DNA of 64,000 nt from Candidatus Bathyarchaeota archaeon (GTDB lineage Archaea; Thermoproteota; Bathyarchaeia; Bathyarchaeales; Bathycorpusculaceae): the NCBI GenBank assembly GCA_963800495.1, contig CAWDBB010000004.1, positions 194,741-258,740 of the forward strand, read 5' to 3'. A program made the position numbers and the translations under genes. The notes beneath the pieces were generated by a model. It made no database searches, was not told the origin of the DNA, and worked only from the letters and a program-made list of their open reading frames with translations. Of this stretch, positions 10,010 to 19,725 are shown one piece after another (the first letter of the stretch is position 1; each line of letters starts with the position of its first letter).

Positions 10010-11056
10010 ATGTCAGAAGACTCCGACGCTCAACCTCAAGAAGAACAAGAAGAATCTATACTTGAAAGAAACAAGAAAAAATATGAGTTCATAGAAGACC
10101 TGCCAGGAGTTGGCCCAGCAACAGCAGCAAAACTCAAAGAACTCGGCTACCACACCGTAGAATCCTTAGCCATGGCAACTTACCGTGAACTCGACCCAGT
10201 CGGAGTAAGCGAGAAAAAAGCCTTCCAAATCATCGAAGCCGCACGCTCATCCATCGGCATCTCATTTATTCGAGCAGACGAACTCTTCAAAATGCGCCAA
10301 ACTGTTCTGAGGGTAACCACAGGAAGCAAAGCGTTAGATAAAATCGTGGATGGCGGCCTAGAAACCCAAACCATTACAGAATTTTATGGTGAATACGGCA
10401 GCGGCAAAAGCCAAATGTGCCACCAACTATGCATCAACGTACAGTTGCCCCCAGAAAAAGGCGGACTTAATGGTGCAGCTTTGTACATTGACACCGAGAA
10501 CACTTTCAGGTTGGAGCGCATCGTTCAGATGGCAAAGGGCGCAGGATTAGATCCAGCTGAAGCCGTTAAAAAAATTATTTATGCCGAAGCCTACACTTCA
10601 GACCACCAGATGTTCCTACTTGAGAACGCTGATGAAATTATCAAAGCAAACAACATCAAACTCATAATAGTTGACTCATTAACTGCCCACTTCCGAAGCG
10701 AATACATTGGAAGAGAAATGCTCGCGTCAAGACAACAAAAACTCAATAAACACATGCACAAACTCATCGCCTTAGCTCGAGCATTTAACGCGGTGGCAGT
10801 TGTAACCAACCAAGTCATGGCTAAACCAGACCAATTCTTCGGCGATGCAATCCACCCGATAGGAGGAAACATCGTCGGACACACAAGCGCCACACGAATC
10901 TATCTAAGACGCGCTTCGCATGGACCAATCCGGATCGCAAGATTAGTTTCAAGCCCATATTTGCCTGAAGGTGAGGAAATCCTTAAAGTAACCGAGAACG
11001 GAATAGAAGATGTCTCTGAAGAAGAGAAAGCAACTAAACCATCTCGTGGACGCTAA
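10010..11056 (+). CDS. radA: DNA repair and recombination protein RadA
   Basis: N-terminal HhH (DLPGVG), GEYGSGKS Walker A, YIDTENTFR, IVDSLTAHFRSEY, ARLVSSPYLPEGE. Confidence 0.98.
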   Translation: MSEDSDAQPQEEQEESILERNKKKYEFIEDLPGVGPATAAKLKELGYHTVESLAMATYRELDPVGVSEKKAFQIIEAARSSIGISFIRADELFKMRQTVLRVTTGSKALDKIVDGGLETQTITEFYGEYGSGKSQMCHQLCINVQLPPEKGGLNGAALYIDTENTFRLERIVQMAKGAGLDPAEAVKKIIYAEAYTSDHQMFLLENADEIIKANNIKLIIVDSLTAHFRSEYIGREMLASRQQKLNKHMHKLIALARAFNAVAVVTNQVMAKPDQFFGDAIHPIGGNIVGHTSATRIYLRRASHGPIRIARLVSSPYLPEGEEILKVTENGIEDVSEEEKATKPSRGR

Positions 11057-11058
11057 AT

Positions 11059-11526
11059 ATGCCGATTTCACAAGCCTTAGTTACCAGGTACTTTCAACTC
11101 ATAGTTAGCAGGCAATTCACAGAAGCTGAACGTGAGTTGGAACGAGTTAAACAAAAAATGCAGAAAACCGAGTGGAACAGGGGATACTTCCGAGCACTCT
11201 ACGGCATGTATCTTTCACGCAAAAACAGCGCCACAGACGACTACGCTTTTTTTTCAAAGGTAGATTTAACTGACAAAGTAAATTTGCATGCTTACCGAAA
11301 AGAATTCCTTGAGCATATGGGCAACGGTTTGCATGGAGACTTTGACCGTGGATATTTTTCTGCATGGGCAGATTGTATGCGTATAATTGCACGCATGGAT
11401 GTTCCAAATCAGAATGGTAATAGCAAACCTTCAGGCGAAGGAGAAAAAATCGAAACTTTAAGAAGCGATAAAAGTCAGGCAACTATAGCGAATTTTCTGA
11501 AGATAACTGAAGATAAAGAAGAATAA
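11059..11526 (+). CDS. Uncharacterised helical protein directly downstream of radA
   Basis: 155-aa ORF starting 2 nt after the radA stop; duplicated RGYF motif. Confidence 0.75.
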   Translation: MPISQALVTRYFQLIVSRQFTEAERELERVKQKMQKTEWNRGYFRALYGMYLSRKNSATDDYAFFSKVDLTDKVNLHAYRKEFLEHMGNGLHGDFDRGYFSAWADCMRIIARMDVPNQNGNSKPSGEGEKIETLRSDKSQATIANFLKITEDKEE

Positions 11527-11547
11527 GAATTTTAATTCTTTTTTGAA

Positions 11548-11838
11548 TTAAAAAGATTTAACTGCTGTGTAAAACAGCACAAAGAAAGATAGCCAAGAAA
11601 AGAAGTACATACCTATTGCTGTACTGAGGATTTTGGATTGTTTCTCGATTTTGTTTTTGAAGTATCCTCTCATGATGTAGTATGTTATGAAGTAGATTAG
11701 TAAGGCTACTGTGATGCTGTTTACGAGTGTTGTTATTTCATTTTCGGCGCCAAATAAACCTGCAATAACTGCAGTTATTGCTCCTGCAACAATACCTAAT
11801 GCAACTCTTAACCAGTAAAGCTGAACAACAGGTGTCAT
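11548..11838 (-). CDS. Small 3-TM membrane protein, EMC6/Rab5ip-like
   Basis: YWLR-led TM1, basic loop, GMYFFSWLSFFVLFYT terminus; resemblance judged by eye. Confidence 0.6.
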   Translation of the reverse strand: MTPVVQLYWLRVALGIVAGAITAVIAGLFGAENEITTLVNSITVALLIYFITYYIMRGYFKNKIEKQSKILSTAIGMYFFSWLSFFVLFYTAVKSF

Positions 11839-11972
11839 GTAAATCGAATCCTTGATTTTGTATATTGTTCTTACTTAAAAAAGATGCCTAAGTATTAATC
11901 ATTTCTGATACCCAAAAAAGCTCGATTCCCGCAATTTAACGAGTTTTGGTGAAAATGGTTATTTTATAGTCA

Positions 11973-14066
11973 ATGACTATAGATTCCATTACAATAGCGG
12001 TGCCTGCCTTGCGCAAAAAAGACTTCTCAAGCTTTGACATTGCCGCAGCAATCAAAGAACTAAAAACCACGTTAGCCGACTCCAGAGTGAACAACATCTA
12101 TCAACTTGACGAGAAAACCGTAATCTTCAAACTCCACAAAACAGACATGCCACCAATTCGATTAGTGATGGAGGCCGGCAGGAGATTACACGTCACTAGT
12201 TACGCAGAAGAAAACCCCTCTGAACCACCAGCATTCTGCATGGCACTTAGAAAATACTTGCGCAACGCGTGGGTAGCTGGAATCGACCAGTACGAGTTTG
12301 AAAGAATCGTAACTGTAAGCTTTCGCACAAAAACAGGCGTGTTAAAGTTGGTTGTGGAGCTTTTCGGCGAAGGCAATCTTATCCTAACAAACGAGCAGAA
12401 CGTGATTATTCACGCTTTAGCTTTTAAAAAAATGCGTGACCGCGACATCCTGCACAACATCGTCCTTCAACTTCCCCCTTCAAGCGGCAAAAACCCCTTC
12501 AAAGTAACCCAAAGTGAACTTGAAGAAGCCCTCAAAAACGCAGGGGAAACTGAAGTGGTAAGGTCTATAGCCCGTTTTTTGGGGGTAGGTGGAGTCTATG
12601 CAGAAGAAATACTGCTTCGAGCTAATGTGGATAAAACTAAGCATTGCAATACCATAACAAACGATGAAGTTAATGGGATTTTTGCAGCCCTACAAACTTT
12701 ACTGACCGCGGTTTCAGGGGGCAACTTGGAGGCTTGCATAGTTCTGGGTGATGACGGAGACTTTCTGGATGTTGTACCTATCAAACTGAAACGTTATGAA
12801 AGCTGCAAACTTCAGGTTTACAACTCATTTAATCAGGCTTTAGACGAATTTTACCTGAGAGTAATCACTGCAGAGAAAGCGTTTGCAAGCGTTGAAGTTG
12901 ACAAGTTAAAAAAAGAAGCCGAACGACTAAGACGAATGGTTGCGGAACAAGAAAAATCCATTCATGAAGATGAAGCCAAATCTGAACGCGACAAACTCAT
13001 CGGCGACACCATCTACGCTCATTTTAACGAGCTTCAAACATTCCAAGAGCAACTGATAAAAGCAAACCAACAAGGACACGACTGGGACATAATCATCACA
13101 ACGGTCATGGCTACAAAGAAAACAGGCAAAGTGCCAGCGGCTTATGTTGAAGGGTTTGACGGCAAAAACCTCGCACTTAATCTCGGCGTAGATAATTTCC
13201 ATTTCAGTTTCAACTTGCGAGATTCGCTCTTCGATAATGCCAACAGGTACTATGAACATGGTAAACACGCTAAAGAAAAAGCTCAAGGTGCTCTCTCAGC
13301 TCTTCAGGATTCTAAGAGGAAACTCGCTAAGATCGAGCGGGAACTGGCTGAAGCCGAAGCGCTCAAGAGCTTAAAACCAGCTGAAATGATAGAAGCACTC
13401 TCCAAACGAAAGGTAGAAATGGAAAACAAGGAGTGGTACGAAAAATTCCGCTGGTATATTTCCTCAGATGGCTTCTTAGTGGTTGCAGGTAAAGACACTG
13501 TCAGCAATGAAGTGCTTATAAAAAAGTACACTATACAAGAGGATGTGGTTTTTCACGCTGAAATCACAGGTTCACCGTTTGTAGTTATCAAATCGGAAGG
13601 AAGACCAATCAGTGAACAAGCGTTGAAGGAAGCGGGCGAGTTTGCCGCTTCTTTTTCGAGAGCTTGGCGGGAAAACCTTGGAACAGCAGACGTTTACTGG
13701 GTAAAAGTTGACCAGCTAACCAAAAGTGGTCCATCTGGAGAATCAGTTCCGCATGGAGCGTTTTTTGTTGTGGGGAAACGCAATTGGTACAGGAATACAC
13801 CATTAAAAGTTGCAATCGGAATAATTGTTGGTGAAGAAACGACTTTTGTTGGTGGTCCAGTCGAAGCTGTGAAGGCGAAAACCAAAACTTACCTTGTCAT
13901 GTTGCCTGGAGATTTAGCCGGCAAAGAACTACTTAAGCAAATTCTCAAGTCCCTGATGTTAAAGTTGCCCAAGGAACAACGGGAAAAAGCTGGAAAAACA
14001 TCTATCGAGCAAGTTCGCGAGTTTGTGCCGTATACAAAAGGAACGATAAACCTAAAAGCAACTTGA
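11973..14066 (+). CDS. rqcH: NFACT-family ribosome quality-control protein (RqcH/Rqc2/NEMF homolog)
   Basis: FCMALRKYL, ERIV, ELFGEGNLIL, coiled coil, WYEKFRW..SSDG.LVVAGKD, NFACT-R FHAE..GSP. Confidence 0.93.
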   Translation: MTIDSITIAVPALRKKDFSSFDIAAAIKELKTTLADSRVNNIYQLDEKTVIFKLHKTDMPPIRLVMEAGRRLHVTSYAEENPSEPPAFCMALRKYLRNAWVAGIDQYEFERIVTVSFRTKTGVLKLVVELFGEGNLILTNEQNVIIHALAFKKMRDRDILHNIVLQLPPSSGKNPFKVTQSELEEALKNAGETEVVRSIARFLGVGGVYAEEILLRANVDKTKHCNTITNDEVNGIFAALQTLLTAVSGGNLEACIVLGDDGDFLDVVPIKLKRYESCKLQVYNSFNQALDEFYLRVITAEKAFASVEVDKLKKEAERLRRMVAEQEKSIHEDEAKSERDKLIGDTIYAHFNELQTFQEQLIKANQQGHDWDIIITTVMATKKTGKVPAAYVEGFDGKNLALNLGVDNFHFSFNLRDSLFDNANRYYEHGKHAKEKAQGALSALQDSKRKLAKIERELAEAEALKSLKPAEMIEALSKRKVEMENKEWYEKFRWYISSDGFLVVAGKDTVSNEVLIKKYTIQEDVVFHAEITGSPFVVIKSEGRPISEQALKEAGEFAASFSRAWRENLGTADVYWVKVDQLTKSGPSGESVPHGAFFVVGKRNWYRNTPLKVAIGIIVGEETTFVGGPVEAVKAKTKTYLVMLPGDLAGKELLKQILKSLMLKLPKEQREKAGKTSIEQVREFVPYTKGTINLKAT

Positions 14067-14120
14067 ATGAATGTCCCCTAAAATTTCGGGGTATGGTCAT
14101 TTTAAGGTTTGAAAAGTTGA

Positions 14121-14453
14121 TTATTGTGTACGCTGGAACAGTTCTGTTGAGAATACACGGTAGTTTTCGATTCGAGGTGGTCTTTCAAGTTGGTCTTGGA
14201 CTTTCTGGGTTGCGCGTGCAAATACATCGAGCTCAGACTTCTTAAGAGCGTCTTCGTCTTGCCAAAGCGTAAGAATCGTTACTGCGTTTGGGTTTTCATG
14301 AGAAAGCATCGACATGTAGCCGCGAAAACCCTGTGAATCCTGTGCTAAAGTATTAAGAATCTTATCAAGCTCTGAAAAGCCTTCTTCACGTTTTCCTGCT
14401 TTGAAATACCAAAAAGACATTCGAGCTAAAACCACAAATTCACCTAAAAACAA
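14121..14453 (-). CDS. ABM-type (dimeric alpha/beta barrel) protein
   Basis: KAGKREE...GFRG...TILTLWQD pattern; start uncertain. Confidence 0.7.
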   Translation of the reverse strand: MFLGEFVVLARMSFWYFKAGKREEGFSELDKILNTLAQDSQGFRGYMSMLSHENPNAVTILTLWQDEDALKKSELDVFARATQKVQDQLERPPRIENYRVFSTELFQRTQ

Positions 14454-14525
14454 TTGTTGCTCCTTTAATTTAAAGTTTTAACGTTGACATTTATGGGATT
14501 AAGCAGTTAAACGATTGCTATGTTG

Positions 14526-14557
14526 TAGTGCACTAGTTTTTTATTTTCAGTGCACTA
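14526..14557. promoter_or_regulatory. Tandem palindromic operator (TAGTGCACTA / CAGTGCACTA) upstream of the GyrI-like gene
   Basis: Two AGTGCACT palindromes 22 bp apart flanking a TTTTTATT box, ending 3 nt before ATG 14561. Confidence 0.6.
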
Positions 14558-14560
14558 AAT

Positions 14561-15190
14561 ATGAAAATGGGTGGTTTATTGGATAAGGTTGACTTAAAAA
14601 AAGAGCTAAAGATCCTCTACAATCCGTCGGCAAAAGAAGTTACGACCATTGACGTTCCAGCGATGAATTTTCTGTTAATTGATGGTGAAGGTGCGCCCAC
14701 TGCGCCGCAATTTAGCGAGGCTATTGAGGCATTATTTAGTGTCTCGTATACACTCAAATTTATGGTTAAAAAAGGCAAAGGTATCGATTACACGGTTATG
14801 CCTCTGGAAGGCTTATGGTGGGTAGATGACATGACCAAGTTTAACGCGGACCGAAAAGACGAGTGGAAATGGACAGCGATGATTATGCAGCCCAAATACG
14901 TTTCAACGAACGATGTTAATTTGGCGGTTGAACAAGTTAAAAAGAAAAAGAACCCTGTTGCCCTCTCCAAAATTCGGTTTGAAAATCTCACGGAGGGACC
15001 TGCCGCACAAATAATGTACATTGGACCCTTTTCGGCCGAAGGACCAACCATAACAAAAATGCACACCTTCATCGAAAACAGCGGACACGCATTAAGCGGC
15101 AAACATCACGAAATTTACTTAAACAACCCAGCCACGACAGCCCCAGAAAAATTAAAAACCATCATAAGGCAACCTATGAAAAAAACTTAA
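14561..15190 (+). CDS. GyrI-like small-molecule-binding domain protein
   Basis: DLKKELK.LY.P, VMPLEGLWW, WKWTAMIMQP, GKHHEIYL, KLKTIIRQP. Confidence 0.88.
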   Translation: MKMGGLLDKVDLKKELKILYNPSAKEVTTIDVPAMNFLLIDGEGAPTAPQFSEAIEALFSVSYTLKFMVKKGKGIDYTVMPLEGLWWVDDMTKFNADRKDEWKWTAMIMQPKYVSTNDVNLAVEQVKKKKNPVALSKIRFENLTEGPAAQIMYIGPFSAEGPTITKMHTFIENSGHALSGKHHEIYLNNPATTAPEKLKTIIRQPMKKT

Positions 15191-15705
15191 GTATCAATTG
15201 CTGTAATTTGCTTCGCTAATTCAGCGATTTGTTGCCTGAATTTTTCGCGCATTTTCGTGAAGCGCATAGCGGCCGAAGGATGAATGATCTGGATGTATTC
15301 TATTCCATCTATTCGCGGGGTTTCTTTTGCTGATGCACCCAAAAGCACGATTATTTCTGGTTTAATAAATTTAATTTGTGTAATTAAGTAAGGTAAACAT
15401 GCTTTAACTTCGTCGTCAAATGGTTTGCGGTTTTTTGGAGAAACATGCTTAACAATATTAGTTATGTAGACGTCTTCACGTTTTATGCCAAATTCGCTTA
15501 AAGTTTTTGTCAGGTATTTTCCTGCGCGTCCAACAAATGGCCTGCCTAATTCGTCCTCGTCTGCGCCTGGATTCTGCCCCACAAACATTACGTTAGCGCT
15601 CAGTGGTCCTTCGCCTGGAACTGCATGTTTTGCGTCTTGCCAAAGCATGCATTTTTGGCAACCGTAGATTTGCAGGTTCAATTCGTCCATAGACATATGT
15701 ATCAT
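15187..15705 (-). CDS. udg: Family 4 uracil-DNA glycosylase
   Basis: CQKC Fe-S ligands, VPGEG, GQNPG, GRPFVGRAG, TNIVK, HPSA. Confidence 0.88.
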   Translation of the reverse strand: MIHMSMDELNLQIYGCQKCMLWQDAKHAVPGEGPLSANVMFVGQNPGADEDELGRPFVGRAGKYLTKTLSEFGIKREDVYITNIVKHVSPKNRKPFDDEVKACLPYLITQIKFIKPEIIVLLGASAKETPRIDGIEYIQIIHPSAAMRFTKMREKFRQQIAELAKQITAIDT

Positions 15706-15820
15706 CTTTGTGGTTGGCTATTAACAGTCACGCAACCTTAAAAAATAACTCCTAACTACTAGTAAACCAAGTTCTTGCTTGACAAAACAGGAACAGATTT
15801 GGTAGTTTTAAGGCTTAATT

Positions 15821-16138
15821 TTGCGAGGAAAAGAAATGACAAACGAAGAAACAGTGTCTGAATCCTTAATCAGCAGTGCGGTTCGAGTTCTAATGAGAGT
15901 CGCTTTTGTCTTTGAGCCCTTAGCGCCAACAGCCATCACAGCTCTGATGAATCAGCAATTGCACAAGTATAAGCAGGCAGGCGTAATCGGAGAATACAAA
16001 GCCCATACCAAACGCTTAGGTAAATATCACTACCGAATCGTAATTGATTTAGATTTGACTGGGATGCAGGCAGTTCATCTTTTGAGTAACTTGTTTCCTA
16101 AACAATTAAGCAGATTCAGGAGGTGGTTCCATGACTGA
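15821..16138 (+). CDS. Hypothetical protein
   Basis: ORF with GAGG RBS (likely ATG 15836); overlaps the next small ORF. Confidence 0.65.
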   Translation: MRGKEMTNEETVSESLISSAVRVLMRVAFVFEPLAPTAITALMNQQLHKYKQAGVIGEYKAHTKRLGKYHYRIVIDLDLTGMQAVHLLSNLFPKQLSRFRRWFHD

Positions 16139-16283
16139 AATGCCAGAAAAGAAAGGAAAGTTGAAAGTAACCGTTGAACTCGAAGTTAACGAGGAATTGA
16201 TGAGTGTAGTTAAAGACGCAATGTCTAAGGCTTCCACAAAGATTCCAGAGATGATGAGGCGAGGCGGAGAAAACAAACAATAA
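16131..16283 (+). CDS. Small hypothetical protein (50 aa), not in ORF track
   Basis: MTEMPEKKGKLKVTVELEVNEELMSVVKDAMSKASTKIPEMMRRGGENKQ; strong AGGAGGTG RBS; overlaps upstream stop; followed by T-rich tract. Confidence 0.75.
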   Translation: MTEMPEKKGKLKVTVELEVNEELMSVVKDAMSKASTKIPEMMRRGGENKQ

Positions 16284-16412
16284 AATATTCGCCATATTTC
16301 TAATATTTTTCTTTATTTTTTTAAAAAAAAACAGCCCAATAGCAGAACAGATGTTTTTGATTAGAGAAAGACTTTATACCTTAAAACAGTTTCACTAATA
16401 TCAAGGATAATT

Positions 16413-16724
16413 ATGAAGTTTTTAATAATACAAAAAATCAAGCGGGATGTTCCTATAGAAAAATGGGCAAAACTGCTTCCTTTGCAATTCATTTATTTTG
16501 AAAAGTTGGAAAAAGAAAAAGCACTTGAAGTTTACTATCACCTTATTGGGCAACAGGGCAGTATGCTTGTTGTCAACGTGGACTCAGACGAGAAACTCTC
16601 CAAAATCATCGGACAAGACCCAATGTTCTTCGATTCTGAACGCGAAATCTACCCCTTAACCACACGGCAAACACACGAAAAACAAATACTCGAACTTCTA
16701 AAGCCCGAACCCGCAGGTTTTTAA
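16413..16724 (+). CDS. Muconolactone isomerase/DUF3303-like small protein
   Basis: MKFL...G..GS.LVVNVDS.E.L......PM.....EIYPL ferredoxin-like pattern. Confidence 0.55.
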   Translation: MKFLIIQKIKRDVPIEKWAKLLPLQFIYFEKLEKEKALEVYYHLIGQQGSMLVVNVDSDEKLSKIIGQDPMFFDSEREIYPLTTRQTHEKQILELLKPEPAGF

Positions 16725-16726
16725 TT

Positions 16727-17284
16727 ATGGGTTGCCACGGCGGATTCAGCCTCGACGAAGCCACACGACGATCATGGTACAATCCCGAAGCCATTATAGG
16801 TAAAAAACTGCATTCTGGCATGGTGTTTATTGATATCGGCTGCGGCGATGGCTTTTTTAGTATTTTAGCTGCAAAAAAAGTAGGTGAAAAAGGCAAAGTC
16901 TTCGCCGTAGACATAGATGCCCAAGCAATTGAGAAACTAAAAAACAAAGCGACTTCTGAAAACTTGACAAACATTACCGCCAAAGCAGGCAGAGCAGAAG
17001 ACACCGTTTTTTGCAAACAATGCGCCGACATCATATTTTACAGCATGGATCTGCATGACTTTAATGACCCCCTAAAAGTTCTCCAAAACGCAAAACAAAT
17101 GATAAAACCCCAGGGAACTCTAATTGATTTGGACTGGAAAAAAATCACTATGCCCTTTGGCCCACCTGTCTCTATAAGGTTCAGCGAAGAAAAAGCCTCT
17201 GGGTTGATAACTTTGGCAGGATTCAGGGTGACAAATACAAAGGAAGTTGGACCTTATCATTACGCTCTAACTGCATCGCCTTAA
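16727..17284 (+). CDS. Class I SAM-dependent methyltransferase
   Basis: IDIGCGDG motif I, VFAVD, DW....FGPP...R. Confidence 0.9.
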   Translation: MGCHGGFSLDEATRRSWYNPEAIIGKKLHSGMVFIDIGCGDGFFSILAAKKVGEKGKVFAVDIDAQAIEKLKNKATSENLTNITAKAGRAEDTVFCKQCADIIFYSMDLHDFNDPLKVLQNAKQMIKPQGTLIDLDWKKITMPFGPPVSIRFSEEKASGLITLAGFRVTNTKEVGPYHYALTASP

Positions 17285-17294
17285 CCGCGATTGT

Positions 17295-17924
17295 TTATTC
17301 TTCGTTTGCATAAAGCTCAAGCAAATCATGCTTAAAGCGGTCAGGCAGATCTTTGTAAGCGGAGTGGTTTGCCCCATCATAGACTATGAGTTTTGCCTTG
17401 GGCAATTTATCGGCTAGTGTTCGCATGTCTTCGTTTGCTACTATGTTGTCTTGGGAGCCCCAAATTATTGTTGTTGAAAACTTGAATTGGCTGTATTTCT
17501 GCACAAGGTCAGGTTCAAGGGCTCTTGCAGGCGAAACCAAAAGTAAGCCCTTAACTGGAAAACACGCTGCATACCTCAACGCGATATTACCGCCTATACT
17601 GGCGCCAACGAGTACGGGGGCTACTGAACCAAAAAGAGTTTTAACTGCATCATTCGCATATGTAATGTTTTTTTCTGGGTCACGGGTTTTGGGTTGGCAT
17701 TGGCTCTTTAAACCGTAAGGCATGTCTAAGGCCAGAAAAGGTATGCGTTTTTTCATTAACAAATCTGTTACGCCTATTCGTTGCCAAATGTCGGAGGTGT
17801 ATGATAATCCGTGAAGAAAAACTATTGGAGTTCCAGAAGATGTGTAATACAAAGCGGGGCACTTGTAGCCTGCAACATTTAATGTTTTCTCCAAGCCAAT
17901 CGCTCCATGATTTGCTATGCACAC
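17295..17924 (-). CDS. Alpha/beta hydrolase (ABHD14-like)
   Basis: FLHG, GASIGG nucleophile elbow, WGSQD, GANH; true start may be ~17894. Confidence 0.88.
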   Translation of the reverse strand: MCIANHGAIGLEKTLNVAGYKCPALYYTSSGTPIVFLHGLSYTSDIWQRIGVTDLLMKKRIPFLALDMPYGLKSQCQPKTRDPEKNITYANDAVKTLFGSVAPVLVGASIGGNIALRYAACFPVKGLLLVSPARALEPDLVQKYSQFKFSTTIIWGSQDNIVANEDMRTLADKLPKAKLIVYDGANHSAYKDLPDRFKHDLLELYANEE

Positions 17925-17998
17925 GGCCTCTTATAACATTTAATTCGGTTTGCGAAAAGCATAATAAACTTAAAAAACCAATTGAGTACAGTGATTTT

Positions 17999-18475
17999 TT
18001 GACAGTCAAAGTCGGAGATAAAGCACCAGATTTCACACTTCCCTCCCAAGTGGGCGACAACGTAACGCTTTCAGAGTTTTTTGGCAAAAAGAATGTAGTG
18101 TTATACTTTTATCCTAAAGATGAATCGCCAGGCTGCACAAAAGAAGCATGCACTTTCAGGGACAGCTATGAGGAACTAACAAATCTGGGCGCTGAGGTGC
18201 TTGGGGTAAGTGGGCAGAGTGTGGAATCCCACAAATCCTTCGCCACCCATTATGGGTTGCCGTTTATTCTTCTCAGTGACCAAGACCACAAAGTCAGAGA
18301 ATTATACGATGTGCCTTCAACTATGGGATTAATTCCTGGACGAGTCACATTTATCATCGATAAGAAAGGCGTAGTTCGCCACGTTTTTAATTCCCAAACC
18401 CAAGCCCAGCGACATGTGGAAGAAGCAAAAAATACTCTAAAACAACTAGAACAGGAAGAGAAAGCTACCGCTTAG
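17999..18475 (+). CDS. bcp: Peroxiredoxin Bcp/PrxQ
   Basis: [31 protein letters not shown]; start set at TTG 17999. Confidence 0.93.
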   Translation: MTVKVGDKAPDFTLPSQVGDNVTLSEFFGKKNVVLYFYPKDESPGCTKEACTFRDSYEELTNLGAEVLGVSGQSVESHKSFATHYGLPFILLSDQDHKVRELYDVPSTMGLIPGRVTFIIDKKGVVRHVFNSQTQAQRHVEEAKNTLKQLEQEEKATA

Positions 18476-18489
18476 AAGGAGAATCAACC

Positions 18490-19725
18490 TTGCTCAATAT
18501 CTACAATACGCTAACTCAGAAAACTGAGCCGTTCAAACCTGCAGAGGACAAAGAGGTTAAGATGTATACTTGCGGCCCATCAACTTACCAACCAGCGCAC
18601 ATCGGCAACTACCGAACCTTTCTCTTTGAAGATATTTTTCAACGCTACCTCGAATATTCAGGATTCAAGGTTACCCGACTGATGACGCTAACTGACGTAG
18701 AGGACAAAGCATTAGCGCAGGCCAAAAAAGAAAAACTTACAATTGAAGAGTTAACACACAAGAACGAGACAGTTTTTTTTGGGGATTTTGAGCTTTTGAA
18801 AATCAAGAAGCCCGATTATGCTGTTAGGGCTTCATCTGCTGTGGATCAAGCGGTAAACTTGATTTCAAAACTTGTGGAAAAAGGAACCGCATACTTTTAT
18901 GCTTACAACTGTGCAAGAAACGTTTATTTTGACCCTTTAAAATTCGGGGGATTCGGTAAACTTGCCCGTTTAGATATGAGCAAGTGGCCAAAGAAGAAAC
19001 GTCGCTTCCACAAGGACACTTACCCAGGCACACCATGGAACCGTGGTGATTTTGTGCTTTGGCATGGATGTAACCAAGACGACGGGTGTTTCCAAACGTC
19101 GATAGGAAAAGGGCGGCCTGCGTGGAACATTCAAGATGCAGCTATTGTTACTAAACATCTGGGATTCTCAGTCGATGTTGGGTGCGGCGGAATCGACAAT
19201 TTGGTTAGGCACCACGATTATACGCTTGCGGTTGCAGAGGCGGTTTCAGGTAAACAGTTCTCACGCTATTGGTTGCATGGCGGGCACCTGTTTGTTGATG
19301 GAAAAAAAATGTCCAAAAGCAAGGGCAACGTGTATTATCCAAGTGACTTGTTAGCAAGAGGATTTAGTGGTGGGCAGTTGAGGTTCTTTCTTATCTATGG
19401 ACCGTATAGGAAAAAGCTGAATTTCACATTAGAACGGTTAGCTGAAAAGATTCATAAGCTTGATTCTTTGAAAGACATGATTGCAGTGTTACAAAATACA
19501 AAATCAAATGGACAAACTGAATTGCAAAACACCTTAACCAGCGCCATCGTTTCTGATTTTGAAAATCACATGAACAACGATTTGGACGTAAAATCTGCCT
19601 TCGACAGCCTATACAGAACAACCAGTCAACTTTACGAAATGCGCCAATCCTTGAGTTCAATGGACATAAAAAATATGTTGAAGGGCTTATGCAAAGTTGA
19701 TAGCGTGCTACAATGTATTTTTTAG
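18490..19725 (+). CDS. Cysteinyl-tRNA synthetase-like paralog (catalytic domain, no anticodon domain)
   Basis: YTCGP, HIGN, DFVLW, KMSKS present; GRPGWHIEC replaced by GRPAWNIQD; ends after the helical bundle. Confidence 0.85.
   Translation: MLNIYNTLTQKTEPFKPAEDKEVKMYTCGPSTYQPAHIGNYRTFLFEDIFQRYLEYSGFKVTRLMTLTDVEDKALAQAKKEKLTIEELTHKNETVFFGDFELLKIKKPDYAVRASSAVDQAVNLISKLVEKGTAYFYAYNCARNVYFDPLKFGGFGKLARLDMSKWPKKKRRFHKDTYPGTPWNRGDFVLWHGCNQDDGCFQTSIGKGRPAWNIQDAAIVTKHLGFSVDVGCGGIDNLVRHHDYTLAVAEAVSGKQFSRYWLHGGHLFVDGKKMSKSKGNVYYPSDLLARGFSGGQLRFFLIYGPYRKKLNFTLERLAEKIHKLDSLKDMIAVLQNTKSNGQTELQNTLTSAIVSDFENHMNNDLDVKSAFDSLYRTTSQLYEMRQSLSSMDIKNMLKGLCKVDSVLQCIF

Noticed and set aside
17801-17998. Long N-terminal extension of Bcp
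   Set aside because: Overlaps the divergent hydrolase gene and promoter; homology starts at about 17999
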